DNA of 64,000 nucleotides from Orbicella franksi (Eukaryota): NCBI GenBank assembly GCA_964199315.1, contig OZ116700.1, positions 32,674,001 to 32,738,000 of the forward strand, read 5' to 3'. Shown piece by piece: positions 51,720 to 64,000 of this stretch (position 1 is its first letter; each line of letters starts with the position of its first letter). The notes under the pieces were generated by a model. It saw only the letters and a program-made list of their open reading frames with translations, ran no database searches and was not told where the DNA came from. The position numbers and the translations under genes were made by a program.

Positions 51720-54700
51720 CTAAAAGCATTTAACTTGTAAATTATTTACAGAATAAATATTCTTACATCAGAAATCATGGCCATTATTTCATAACTGGAA
51801 ATATTGCCGACTATTTCGTCTGTGTCCGACTCTATTTTACGAACAGCTGAGTTGGTCAGAAAATTAAAGCACTTAACTAAAATGTCAGTTTTTTTCGTTA
51901 AGTTCAAATATCTACTGAAGATATCTAAGTAATTGTGTTTGTCAAAGCATCTCTTTATTCCGTTAACCTGTCCGCTAGCCGGGGGCTATTCGGGTTTCCA
52001 ATTCGGCTGTCGAGCGATAACGTGCGGCCTTTAACTTGAGAACCGTTTAATACAAATTAAATCTAATTTGTTCTTTACATTAAAAACCAAATATAAACTT
52101 AACTGAATATTCCTTTGCTGTTGAGTTAACTAATGTAAAGCTTAAATCGATCGTTCTTATTGTAGGTCAGAATAGGAGATGTCGAAAGATCTTCCTTATA
52201 TGAAACTCTACTGAGTTTATGAGATATGAAACGACCAGAAAGATAGGCTGCAGGTTAACCCCGAGACTTTGCCAGGTTGCCATTTACACACCTGGATAAA
52301 GAAGACCTATAGATAATTATCACACCTTCGACAACTCTACCCTCAATCACAAAAAAACTAGAGGTTTATACAAAAAACATTCTGATTTCTAACCTAAACC
52401 TGGAATTAACGCCCTCCGTTCACGCTACGCCGGAGGGATTTGAAAACGAAGTTTCACTCTGAAAACGCATCAAATGTTTTCCGTCCAAAAAACGCCGGAG
52501 GAATTTAAAAACGCAACAATCACCGGTTATTTTTGATTTGTGTTTGAAGAAAACTCGGTCAGGGAAATCACGTGATTATGTGACGCCATCGTTTTCGAAA
52601 AACTCCGCCGTTTTTGAAATGTTTTCCGTCCACACTAGAACGAAAAGCCGGCCGCGGTTTTCAAAATCCTCCGGTTTGAAGAGATTTACTTGAATTTACT
52701 TTTGCTTTTCCATTTGCATCTTCTTTCTCAGTTCAGTAATTTTTACGACTGACCTGTTCGTGATCGGGAGTAGCTAGATCGATATTGAAGGTGCGATATT
52801 GTGGTTTTGAGCGAGACACTTAAATCTCACAGTGCCTCACTCCACCCACTGAGGTGTGTAAATTAGAGGCAGGGAAATGTGAGGGCAACCTGAAAAAGTG
52901 TTTGAGCTAGGTTACTGAATTATAGCCTGTTGTGGTGAATTGTATCAGAATCTGTCACTAGAGGAGGGCTACATGGATTTGAAATTTGCTACCCTGTTGA
53001 GGGCAGGATTGTTTACCTATTCAGGGTCCTAACCGAAATTTATAAGACAAGGTAGGAGACGAAGTGTCTTACGAATAGTGTGTCCTATTCGTGTTCCGGT
53101 AGAGTCGTTGAGGAGGCGATAGTTGTTGAAGCGTTACGCAAGACACTTAAAACTCTCACAGTGTCTCGCTCAACACAGGCGTGTTAATGGGTGCCAGGAA
53201 GGTCTAAGGGCAACCTAACGACATGCTGGGGGTCAACCTGCAGCGGTTCCTTTTATCACATCCTGTCATTCAGTTAAAATATCCCTGGTCGCTTTATACA
53301 AATCAAACAAGACGTTCTCAAGCCTTCAGGGTTTCTGACCTACAATTGGAACGGTCGACCTTAATTACCTTAACCACAATAACTCCATATTAGAGGCATA
53401 GACATTCCCACTTTGTTCCTTCAATAAAAAGATCAAACTGGACTCAAATAAGTTGTAGAAATCGTCAAACCAATGTTAACCTCCGTCTAAGTTTTCTTTT
53501 TATCAGTTATGTGAGTTCTTAAAGACTGTTGGTTTTAATTTCTCGCGATAGCCGAAAGAATATCCCTCGGCTAAAGGAAGGCTTGATGGAAGAGGACCGG
53601 CTTCATGGAATTAAGGCTTCCCTTAACAAGCAGGGTTAGTTTGACATTTTCAGTTGATGTTTACTCGAGAAACACAAAGCTGGCATCATTTTATTTTAGT
53701 GCTTTAATTTTGTTTAAATTAGCCCTTCCCAGCAGAACTTGAAGTCGCAGACAAATTATCAGCTAAATTTCACGTTATAAAATGACGGTTCAACAAGTCT
53801 GCCAATGGTTTATGACGCAAGAATATTCATTCGTAAATAATTTATAAGTTAAGTACTTTTAGAATCTATGTGCCTTTTGATTCACTCACTCTGTTGACCC
53901 TCGGCGACAACGCAACTAAAGGGGAAAATCACAATTATAAGGTAGGTAAACTATTTTAAGCTTCATCTCCTTAAAATAGGTATCAATATTGACTGCATTT
54001 GGAAATTTAATAAACAGGCTGGTTAAACAATGAAAACTTGTTTTGGCTTTCACGGGATTCTTCCGAGGCCAAAAATGATTTTAAATTGAGGTTTTGTCTT
54101 GATAACTGTCCTTCTTCAGAAAATTAAGAAAATGAAAGGCATTATATGTGGTAGACGGATGTCAATTTTTCACATGATATGATATGGAACGATTCTACTG
54201 ATTATGCAATTCGCTCTAAAAGAATGATTTTGAATCGGAATGCAGAACAGCGAACTGACTGCATACATACATGGTTGCCACAGACATCCCTTTTCAAAAT
54301 TCTCTGACTTTTACCTGATGAAATTAAAATATCCCAGACCAAATAAATATGAAATGTCAGATGTAGTAGCGGCTACTAACCTCCCCTCGCAGCCGTCCTT
54401 TCCATTCGTTCATTGAGACTGATAATGTTTCAACAAATTTTCCTTCTTCACTGATGAAAACATCGGGTAGATTACAGTGATCCCAACTGATTTTTCCAGC
54501 CTTCAATGGTATTAAATAAGTCGCAGTAAATTACTTCAATTTCGCCTAACTTTTCTTCAAAATGTCAATTTTCCCTAGCTCATAAGAAAATTCCCTGACT
54601 TTTCCATGACCTTGAATAATTTTCCCCTGACCATTTCCTGACTTGTGGCAACCCTGCCATATGCCATGTCTAATATTAACGCCTTATTATCTTATCCTAG

Positions 54701-54729
54701 CGATCTTTACTTCAAAGCATATTCAGAAA

Positions 54730-55709
54730 ATGCTGCACAAGTGGACTATTTGTCTTGCTCTTTTCGCAGCGTGTATTGAGGTTTGTCACTTACGTTGTGT
54801 CATGCGTATTTGATGGGGTGACACCCTTACCACATTTCAGTTGTTCAAAATATGTGATTTCTATTTCAGGCTGAGTCCGCACTTCGCCGGAGTAATTTGA
54901 AAACGGAGGTTTCACTCTGAAAACACTTCAAATGTTTTCCGTCCACACAATATCGGATGAATTTTGAAAACACAACAATCACCAGTCACTTTGGATTTGT
55001 GTTTGAGTTAAACCCTGGCGGGAAAATATCATGCATGATAAGCGTAGCCTCATCGTTTTCGAAAAGCTTCGTTTTCAAAATGTTTTCTGTGCATACTAAA
55101 ACGCAAAATGGGCGTTTTCAAATACCTCCCTTGTGAAGAGCGCTTTCGAAAAGTACCGTTTTCCTGACGGATTAAAGTGAACGAAAGGCCTAACCGTAAA
55201 AATAAAGCTGCGTTTTCAAATTCCTCCGGTTTGAAGAACGTTTTCGTGACGGATTAGTGTGGACGGTAGGCCTAACAGTAGAAATAAAGCTGCGTTTTCA
55301 AATTCCTCAGGGGTAGTGTGGACGAGCCTCGTACTTGACCCAAACTGGTACTCTTTTTAGACATGTGAAATTGGTACGTTTTTCAACTTCAGCTGACCAG
55401 AAATAGCTTCCAGTTATAACAAAAAAGCGTTCCAAATTAAGAGGACGCTTCTGATGTAATTATCATATTTTTTAGGCCGTCCCGTTCAGGGGACAAGAGT
55501 TTCTGAGCACCGGAGATGTAATTGTGGGCACCAAGGAAGATGCTACGGGACATTTCATGGGATCTCTTTCAGAAGAGGGCTTTAAAAAGCGCGAAACGGC
55601 CGCTGTAGAAGACGTGAGCAGAGATAAAATCAAAACAATCAACTGGCAGCTTAGTGTGAAAGGACGCCAAAAAAAGAGACCGCGAAATCCTCCACCGAAA
55701 ACAGGCTGA
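54730..55709 (+). CDS. Secreted peptide precursor family, copy B (intact, 94 aa)
   Basis: Exons 54730-54780 and 55476-55709, phase 0, GT-AG: MLHKWTICLALFAACIEAVPFRGQEFLSTGDVIVGTKEDATGHFMGSLSEEGFKKRETAAVEDVSRDKIKTINWQLSVKGRQKKRPRNPPPKTG*. Confidence 0.7.
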
Positions 55710-56208
55710 GGCTTAGCCGATGAGCCGTGTACTTCTAAAAGGATGACTTGATTATTAAGACATGCATACTGATCGGTCCTTTGCAGGGACGAATCTTAAT
55801 CTAACTAAATGTACTCACCATAATACTGAAATGAACCAGAACACTGTAATAACTCTAAACGTACGTACCACCGAAAATAAAGTTGTTGTTACGGCTCTTA
55901 CGAGAGAGAAATAATTGATGGAAAATTATTAAACCATGCCCATTTTTTTTAAACTGAGTTTAATGACAAGATCATCCCTCAATATTTTTTTTCTTTTTCT
56001 GTTTTGAAGAATGGAACTAATTCTTTTGTTCTCAGTTTATAGGAGAACTTGAATTGCTAGAATAATCTGAGAGCGCTAGACAGGCGATTGAACTGAACCT
56101 TTTGTTAAGTAGAAAAGCCCCAGGCGTCCGCCGCGCGGGGATTGGATTTGTAAAATTATGGGTTAGAAAATAAAAAGGAGTTGAGCACATGGAATTTTAT
56201 GGCGTGCT

Positions 56209-56717
56209 GTGTCGGTTCGTGTTACAGTAGATTATAGGTCCTTTCCCTGCCCGAAAGAATATCCGAGGGCCGAAATCAAACTCTATTACAAGGGAGTAGA
56301 AATCATAACTATAAAAAACGAATTCATTGTGATTGGCTCTCTGGTGATTGACCCGATCACCTGGGTTTCCAATTACAGGAATCAAATTAAGACTTTCTGA
56401 ACACCTTGGACGCTTTCCATTCAACATAAACTTTTGGAACTTTCGAAACAGGAGCAAAAGGTACACAAATGTTCAAGGAACGTTTCCGGAATATCCCAAA
56501 AGAATTGTCGAAAATGCAAAACGAAATAAAAACCATTCAACAGAAAATTTCGAAATGTGAAAGTTTGGAAGAACATCAAAAAGATGTGGAAACACTACAA
56601 TTTTTAGGACGTCTGCATCGAAAAGGAAGAGTTTGCCATGAAAGGATACAGAGAACTTTGGAAACAATCTTGCAGATTCTAAGAAACATTTATAGTACGA
56701 AAACCGAGATAAATTGA
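56209..56717 (+). pseudogene. Unidentified degenerate intronless coding-like segment
   Basis: Overlapping ORFs 56209-56400, 56348-56560 and 56469-56717 with protein-like composition; no recognised motif. Confidence 0.3.
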
Positions 56718-57218
56718 CCTGCTATATCGAGATTCGGTTAGTTAAGGTAATTATTACAAGTAAATCGAGGAAAATAAAGAGAACACTTGCAGAGTGCTCA
56801 CTCACGTGGCCGGCAGCCATGCAAAGTCATTGAAACAAAAGATAGTGTTTACATAAGAAAAAAACTTTAACTCCCAAAGGATTGGTTTGGGATAAGGATA
56901 TGCACGGGTTTTAAGACACCAAAATGGCTACCGTGACATCACGTGAAAACAGTCTATAATCCTGAAAAACATAACAATCATGTTTAATAGTTTACTAGTG
57001 TGTCCTATTCGTGATCGGTTAAAATCGTTGAGGGTTCGATAAAATCTAAAATTCCCGCAAAGCCTCACTCAAACACAGATGTGTAAATATGTACCAAGAA
57101 GGTGTGAGGGCAACCTGGTAAAGTGCTGGGGGTTAAACTGCTGTGTTGTCTTTTATTACGTCCTGTCATTCAGTAACAATGTCAATACGTTCTGATCTAT
57201 TCGGGGTTTCTTACCTAT

Positions 57219-57594
57219 TAGGAAGCTTAAGCAAACCACCGCTACGATAGCAATGACAATTAACGCCACCAAACAAAAGGTTTAATGAGCAAAACAATAG
57301 CTGCAGTGCACGTGCATTATAAATCTTCTTACATTGCTTTGCCGTCCGCTGCAAAACAAAAACTGAAATAACCAAGTTCTGCGTAGTCTGAGGAACGAGA
57401 AAAACGAAGGCTAACTTTTCATTTTCTTCATTTGGAACTAAATGCTGTCATTGCACATTTAGCCCGAGTACGTTTTTAGAGCCATTGGCGTGCTGAAAAG
57501 ATCTAGACAATTGCGAATTTCGCTGATAAATATAAACTCATTTTTGACTAGGCGTCGTCCTTAGCGTCGCCGACGTCGTTGCTTAGGCTCCCTA
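57219..57594. mobile_element. MITE with AGG(G/A)AGCTTAAGCAA termini
   Basis: TAGGAAGCTTAAGCAA ... TTGCTTAGGCTCCCTA. Confidence 0.7.
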
Positions 57595-58247
57595 TTTTGA
57601 ACGGTCCAACTTACCTTAACCTTAAATGACTACACAAAAGAAGAATGCCCACGTTAACTTTGTTTCTCTAATATATCGATCAAATTAGATTTATTTAAGC
57701 TGTGGAATTCCTGAAACCAACCTCCCTTTAAAGTGAGTTCTTTAAGGCTGTTCGTCGTCGCACGATAGCCTGAAAAATAACCCCCAGCTAGATGGGCACA
57801 TATTATTTGATATTTTTAGTTAATATCTTTACTTGAAAAACAAAACTGACATCATTTGATGATGTAAGAAGACTTTCCTGTAAATAATTTACATGTTAAA
57901 TGCTTTTAGAATCCATGTTCCCTCCGATTCACACATTCTGTTGACCCTCGACGGCAACGCAGCTCCGGAGAAACTCGCAACTGAAGGTATGTAAATTATT
58001 TTAAGCTTTCTGTCCTTCCTTATGTGGAGGCGATGATTTTTATTTAAGCTAGATAAGAAATTAATAGTGGTTTTCTTTTTCTCGGTATTCGTTTCATGTC
58101 AAAAATGACTTTTAAATGGACGTTTCAGCTGGAATAAGTAGAGATGCACGCTTACTCCACTTTTTCGCGTTGGAAAAGAAAGTTTGGTTTGATGACATTA
58201 ACGGAATGTGTGGGGAAATCAATGGACTCTTTATCACAAAAGAAATA

Positions 58248-58432
58248 AAGAAGCTTGGACTATGCTCTGTTCTATTGTAAAGCACTTAGGAAGCGGTAGA
58301 GCACTCAAGAAGTAGGGAGAAACACTCAACTACGTCTCGTGTTTCCCCCTACACTTCCGTTGTGCTCTACCGCTTCCTGTGTGCTTATCAGAGCACACAG
58401 AGAACAGAGAGAACAGAGCACAGTCCAGGCTT
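58248..58432. mobile_element. Palindromic MITE
   Basis: AAGCTTGGACTATGCTCTGTTCT..GGAAGCGGTAGAGCAC mirrored by GTGCTCTACCGCTTCC..AGAACAGAGCACAGTCCAGGCTT. Confidence 0.8.
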
Positions 58433-59638
58433 ATTTATTTGTTAATCAAAATCTTCAATGTTTTCCTGTACAGCTTCTTGTCCTATACGCCACCAACAGA
58501 ACTTACACGGTCTCCGCACGAGATTGCCATTTAGTTTCAATTTTCGAGTATTTATCGACTAAACTATTTTAAAGTTCTCCCATTTTAGGTTGGTTACCCA
58601 CATTTCATAAGATAATAGATAACATAACATAAGATAAAATAAGATATGCTTAGCTAAAACCGTGAGCCCCCACAACTGGCCCAGACTTAAAGGGTCAAGG
58701 TCTGCGACAGTCCGCGTACCAGCTAGTCTATAGGTATTACACATATTTTTCGAGTTTGGTTGAAAGTTTGGTTTTTTGCAATTTTCAGACCGTTTACGAA
58801 CCAAAACAATTAATATTTTCCATCCATACAAACCGTGTGGGTCGTCAAATCGCTTCACGTATTTCTTCAGGTAAGAAGTGAAAGTCCCCTCAATGAGATA
58901 TAAAATAGTTTTTTTATGGCCTGCCAAACAGTATGGATCGTAAAGCTGTTTTTTTCGAACCGCTTCAGTTTTTGAATATTGAACAACCCTCGTCCCCTTC
59001 TTCTACGCTTTTCTCCCTTCCCCCAACTACCTGATATAATTAGAAAATGAACAGCTTAAGTGAGTGCCCGCTTCATGAATGAACTTGGTAGACATGAACA
59101 CAGCGCAAAAGTAAGGTGTGGTTCTGATTATCAGTTCATGTAAGAGACTGACTATAACCTGTACGACGTAACATAAATGCTGGACCACGCTACATAAAAC
59201 AACGTACCGAGGTAGGAGGCAAGGTGACTTTTGGATTGGTGAGTCCTGTTCGTGATAGAGGGAAGAGTTGTCGTAGGTGTGATCATTGTATTGTGCTCTT
59301 AGGCAAGACACTTTAGACACTTTACTCTCACAGTCCGTCACTCCACCCAGGCGTGGAAATGGAGCCAGGTAGTTGTCAAGGCAGTCTAAAAAATAGCAGG
59401 GTGGTTAACCTCTTGAGTGGTGACTCGTATCAAATTTTTTCCTTCAGTAGCAATATTCCTAAAATTTGAACGGTTGATTTTACCGTTACTTTAAAGAACT
59501 TTGTTTCCTTAATACACTTTCGATAATGGATATATATAGATAGATAGCGAAATGGCTTCGTATGCCACGTCCAACATTGACATGACTTATTATCTTAACC
59601 TAGAATTGCTAGAATCTTCATCAAAGCATTTTCAGAAA

Positions 59639-62600
59639 ATGTTGCCCAAATGGATCATTTGTGTTTTTCTTTTCGCAGCGTGTGTTCAGGTTTGTCGCCG
59701 GCTTACATTATATTTTACGTAATTTGCGGGGCTGACACCCTTACCCTATTTCAGTCCAAAAGATTTGAGTTTTTATACTCTGCGTCCCACTCGACCCAAA
59801 ACCTGGCCTTAGTTTTAGACCTATTAAATAAGTACATTTTTCAACCACGGCTAACCAGGAATGGCTTGAAGTTGTAACATGCAGAAGAGCATCTTACACA
59901 ATCAGTTTAAGCCTCGGTAAATATATTTCTAGCTTTCTGGTTGGTTCACTGAGTCTCGGTTACCAGTCAATATACCTGTGTTCGACCGTATTTCGAAAAT
60001 GAGCGCGGCACTGAGGTGTCGCTTGAATTGACGTCAACTTTTTCGCAGACAATATGGAAAGTTCTGTAAGGAAAAAATGACTGAAAGCAGCTCGATTCAT
60101 TGGTAAGCTTTTTATCGCTGAAACATACAGGGAATAATCGGTAATGTCAACCCTGAAACTATAAAAAGCCAAAAACATCACGTTTACCCCTACCCACTTA
60201 GAGTTTGATAGCTTCATTTAGCCGAAAGGACTTGTTTAAAATGTGCAACTGCAAAAGCGACGGAATCAAGAAGAAAATGATATGAGAAGATTCCAAAATG
60301 GACCAGGAGCCATAATCGGGGACGGAGACCGTAAGCGCGCGCCATTTCAAGTATTGGGGTTGTCCCCATGATATGGGACAATAATTCTATTTTTAGAACA
60401 AATTGCGCCATCGCCTGCGGCACACGCGCGTACATGCTGCGAGGATTTTTGCGGATGTCGCGCGGGGGAAATGGCGTCCGAAATTCCCGAAATTTTTCAT
60501 GTTTTTGGCCCACAACTCAACGCGTTTACGTCTGTTGGAATTTTGCTTAAGTATTTTCTTCGTAAGCTGCTCCAGTTTGAGTGAAGGAAGACAGTGTCGA
60601 ATTTAGGTATGTTTCGCTGTAAGCTTATATATATCGCTGACCAAGTTGTGTTCCGACGGATGCTTCTTTTACATGAGCTGTACATTACTCTACTTTAAAT
60701 TTCACATATGTTGAAGATTAACAGATTTTCCATTACACAGCAAAAAAACTAGCTGGATATATTTAGATATAGCAGAGCTTCAGGACTTCATAGTTTCCTA
60801 GCTCCTCTCGCCACACGCTTGCGAGCAATTTCAGTCTATCGCGACCGAAAAGTAAAACAAAATAATTGCTAGTTTGAGTTTCGCTTGAATTGTAAGCAAC
60901 GCTTGATGTTTCATCAAGGCCCAATAACTTCACTTCCGTATATACTGCTCAGTTTTATCCGTGTATAAATCCAGTAAATTCTCTGTTGTCGATGAATGAG
61001 AGCGCCCGCCGATGCGTGTTTTGTACAGTCAGTAAACATGACAAACTGTACTTCCGCCGCACTTTCGTGTGAAAGCGTACATCGAACTCAAACAATAACT
61101 CTATAGTTTTTAAATATGTTTAAGATCGATAAATGTTTGAGAACATATTAAAAGCTAAGCTGAAAGTATGTGAATAAAGCAGAAATAATCAGCAAAGTTA
61201 CGATGACGCTTTCTTTAATCAACTTGGAATAACGATTTCGATTTTGTTGATCGAGTGATCAAAACTGCTTGTCTATTTTCATTTTCGCAGTGTAAAACTT
61301 CACTATGCTTATGTTGAAGAAACACACATGATGTTAGTTGCCTTTTTTGCGTTCGTGAAATTTGTTACAGCATCTCAGCAAAAAAGATAACGAAAGAAAT
61401 CTTTGTCAAGATTTGTTGACAACTGAAAACACCGACTCGGACTTGAAAGTGCACGAGCTGCATTATGCAAATGAGCTAATTGTACGCGTCAGACTTTCCT
61501 TTCAAAAACTTTTGCAAACTCACTAAACAAGCAGAAACAATGAGAAACCGTCCAACCAGGTTTTGGTTCTGATGAACCATTGTCTGAGAAACTCACAAAT
61601 TAGCTCGGTACCAGAGTAGAGAGTTTTCTTGCTATATTCTTAAGTCAGAACAAACGCAAAAACATACGTGTAAGCTTACAACTAGCGTGAGCAGATATTA
61701 TTCATTCCCAGCGCGAGATTGAAGTCTTGTTTTCGACCCTGAAAAACCCACCTTTTCCGTTAGCTCAGAGCATAAAACTACATATAAGCGCCCTGGTTCG
61801 TATTCCCTGCCTTATTCCCTGCCATCGCTGCGAAAAATACGCAAGAGACTCTCTCAACTCTCACCATTTGATCACACAACGTGACAACATCCACGCGAGA
61901 GCCCCCGACATGTGCGTGAATCCGCGCGGATATATGACGTCAGGATGGCGCAATTTGTTCTAAAAATAGAAAAATTGTCCCATATCATAGGTGCGCGCGA
62001 ATCCCAAGACTTACGGTCTCCGTCCCCGATTATGGCTCCTGAATGGACATAAAATCGGTTAGTTAGTTAAACAAGTTTTCGGCATAAAATTAAGCTGAGC
62101 ACTCCATTAAAATTTGATACTTTACATTTGTTGCTCGGAATCGATCGAGTTCAATGAAGTATAAAACAGGGGGGATTTCTTGATGACAGTCGGGCAAACA
62201 GGAAAACTCTTAGTTGATTGCTTTTTAGCAATTCCACTTCTTCGGATCTTCCCCTCGTAAACCTTTTGTCGTTTGTCACCGATTTTCCTGCAGAATGCGG
62301 ACAACTTCGGAGGTTTGATTAGATGAAAAATATTTCGTAAGAAAACAATTTCTATGTCACTTGCTTTCCTGACAAGTTATTTTTTCTTTCTGACATGTTT
62401 CATTCAATTCAAAAAGTGAACAACGCGCAACAAATTTTCCCGCCTTTTCGTGCCATCACTTCGGTTAGATCTAATTGAAATATCCACCCGCCTCGTTGGA
62501 TCCTTGTTGGATACGGGGTGATTATCAAAATTTCTCATGTCCAGCGTTATGCACCTCGTTTATTTTTTATCCCGTCCGTGCAACGGACATGTAAGTTTAT

Positions 62601-62906
62601 GGAATAATTGTTAATTATTCACTTTTTAGGAAATACCGTTCGTTTAGGAAAGATTCTGGGCATTGGTGCTGTAACTGCCCATGTCAAGGAGGCTGCTACG
62701 GGCAGTATCTCATAGAAACTGTTCCTGGAGAGAGTTTTGCAAAGCGTGAAACGGCTGCTGAGGAAGACGTGGACAGCGATGACAACCAAAACAACAAAGG
62801 GCACCATGGAGTCGCAAGTGATTTTTGGAAAGGTCGTGGAGGTCTAAGCGCGAAAGGTCGCAAAACCAAGAAACCGCAAAGAAGTGACCAAACGGTCTAC
62901 TTCTAA
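59639..62906 (+). pseudogene. Secreted peptide precursor family, copy C (frameshifted relative to B, or alternatively spliced)
   Basis: Exon 59639-59689 MLPKWIICVFLFAACVQ; exon 62630-62906 stops early in phase 0 (EIPFV*) but is fully open one base later: KYRSFRKDSGHWCCNCPCQGGCYGQYLIETVPGESFAKRETAAEEDVD..LSAKGRKTKKPQRSDQTVYF*. Confidence 0.65.
60304..62041. mobile_element. 1.74-kb non-autonomous DNA transposon, ~100-bp TIRs, 7-bp TSD AATGGAC
   Basis: CAGGAGCCATAATCGGGGACGGAGACCGTAAG..TTTTTAGAACAAATTGCGCCATC at both ends, inverted; AATGGAC directly flanks both ends. Confidence 0.85.
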
Positions 62907-64000
62907 AGCAATGGCTTGATAAAGAACAGTGCCTGTAATGAAATGCAAACTTATCGTTCTTTACAGGAAATGAATCTATATCTAAAATAACAACTGGTAA
63001 TAGTTATCACTTAAGCTGCGCCCGCTTTTTTTAATTTCTGCTGATTAAATTTTTTTTTTTGGTAACCTATATGACTCATACTGTTTCAGTAACTTAGGCA
63101 TCTTACCATGAATATGATCCAAACAATCAACCAAGTTAACTAAACCAACACATTCCGCTTAATTCATTCTATCACATGATATTCTTTACATAATATTCTC
63201 ACGAAGCATTTACAGCAGAGCAGTTTACCATATCTCGTTAGAAAGGACACAAAAAGTACTTTCTGAAAAAAAGGTTGCCTTCATTCAAACTAATGTTTCT
63301 TTTACAAAAATTTCACTCAGTAGAACTTAATGGGGAAAAAAGTTTAAAAAATTATAGCGAAACAAAAAATTATGTCAAACTACTCTGTTATTCCATATTG
63401 ATGCTGAAACAAACCATTTGTCTTGATATACGAGCAAACGTATCTCGAAAGCAGAACAGAAGTCAAGATTTTTTTCCGAGGTGTAAACAGAAGCATCGCG
63501 TTTCAGTCACCATATATGCAAATTAAAGTTAAGCTTTCGGTCCTCAGCGAAAACGCAGCAAAAACGCTGCAAAACATAACACTTACATTTGGATGCCCGC
63601 AAAGTCACCCAGCCGTCACATGAGCTCTACGCCACGTAAGATTACTCAATACAGGCGGCCCAAGCTCACAATGCGAGGAGTTTTTTTTTTTTTTTTAGTC
63701 TTTATGCGAACGTTCAGCGCGCGAAACGTGACACGGTTACCGCCGACATCTACTATTACATAACGACCGAGTTTGGTTACGGGAAACGTGACCTTCGCCT
63801 TGCAGTATGTGGTGGTGTTGTGTTACAACGGTTTGAATTTATAAAGGTTTGTATGGGGAAAAACGGTAATCGACATTATAGCTGAAATTTCGGTATTTTT
63901 GCAATAAAAATGACTCACCTCAATGCCTTGTTGTCTTTTCTATTGTCATCTCGCTTCTCAGCTCGATCCGAGGCTATTTAAGCAAGTTGTCGCTTTTTGG

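Overview
Repeat-rich, intron-containing animal genomic DNA; the repeat families and gene style suggest a scleractinian coral (inference). 1-26.3 kb holds three conserved spliced genes reconstructed by hand: ATAD3 (minus, 16 exons, runs off the left edge), a head-to-head synaptobrevin/VAMP (plus) and CAMTA (plus; CG-1, TIG, ankyrin, IQ). 29-36.3 kb is a decayed mobile region: a 2A (StopGo) motif fused to herpesvirus-type deubiquitinase-like domains, followed on the same strand by an intron-containing tyrosine-recombinase gene. An intronless class A GPCR lies at 37.3-38.4 kb (minus). At 49.9-62.9 kb is a cluster of three paralogous small spliced genes, almost invisible in the ORF track, encoding signal peptide + FxKR|ETAA + KGR(K) secreted peptide precursors; one copy is intact and two are frameshifted. 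The rest is MITEs, tRNA-derived SINEs, simple repeats and a 230-N gap.
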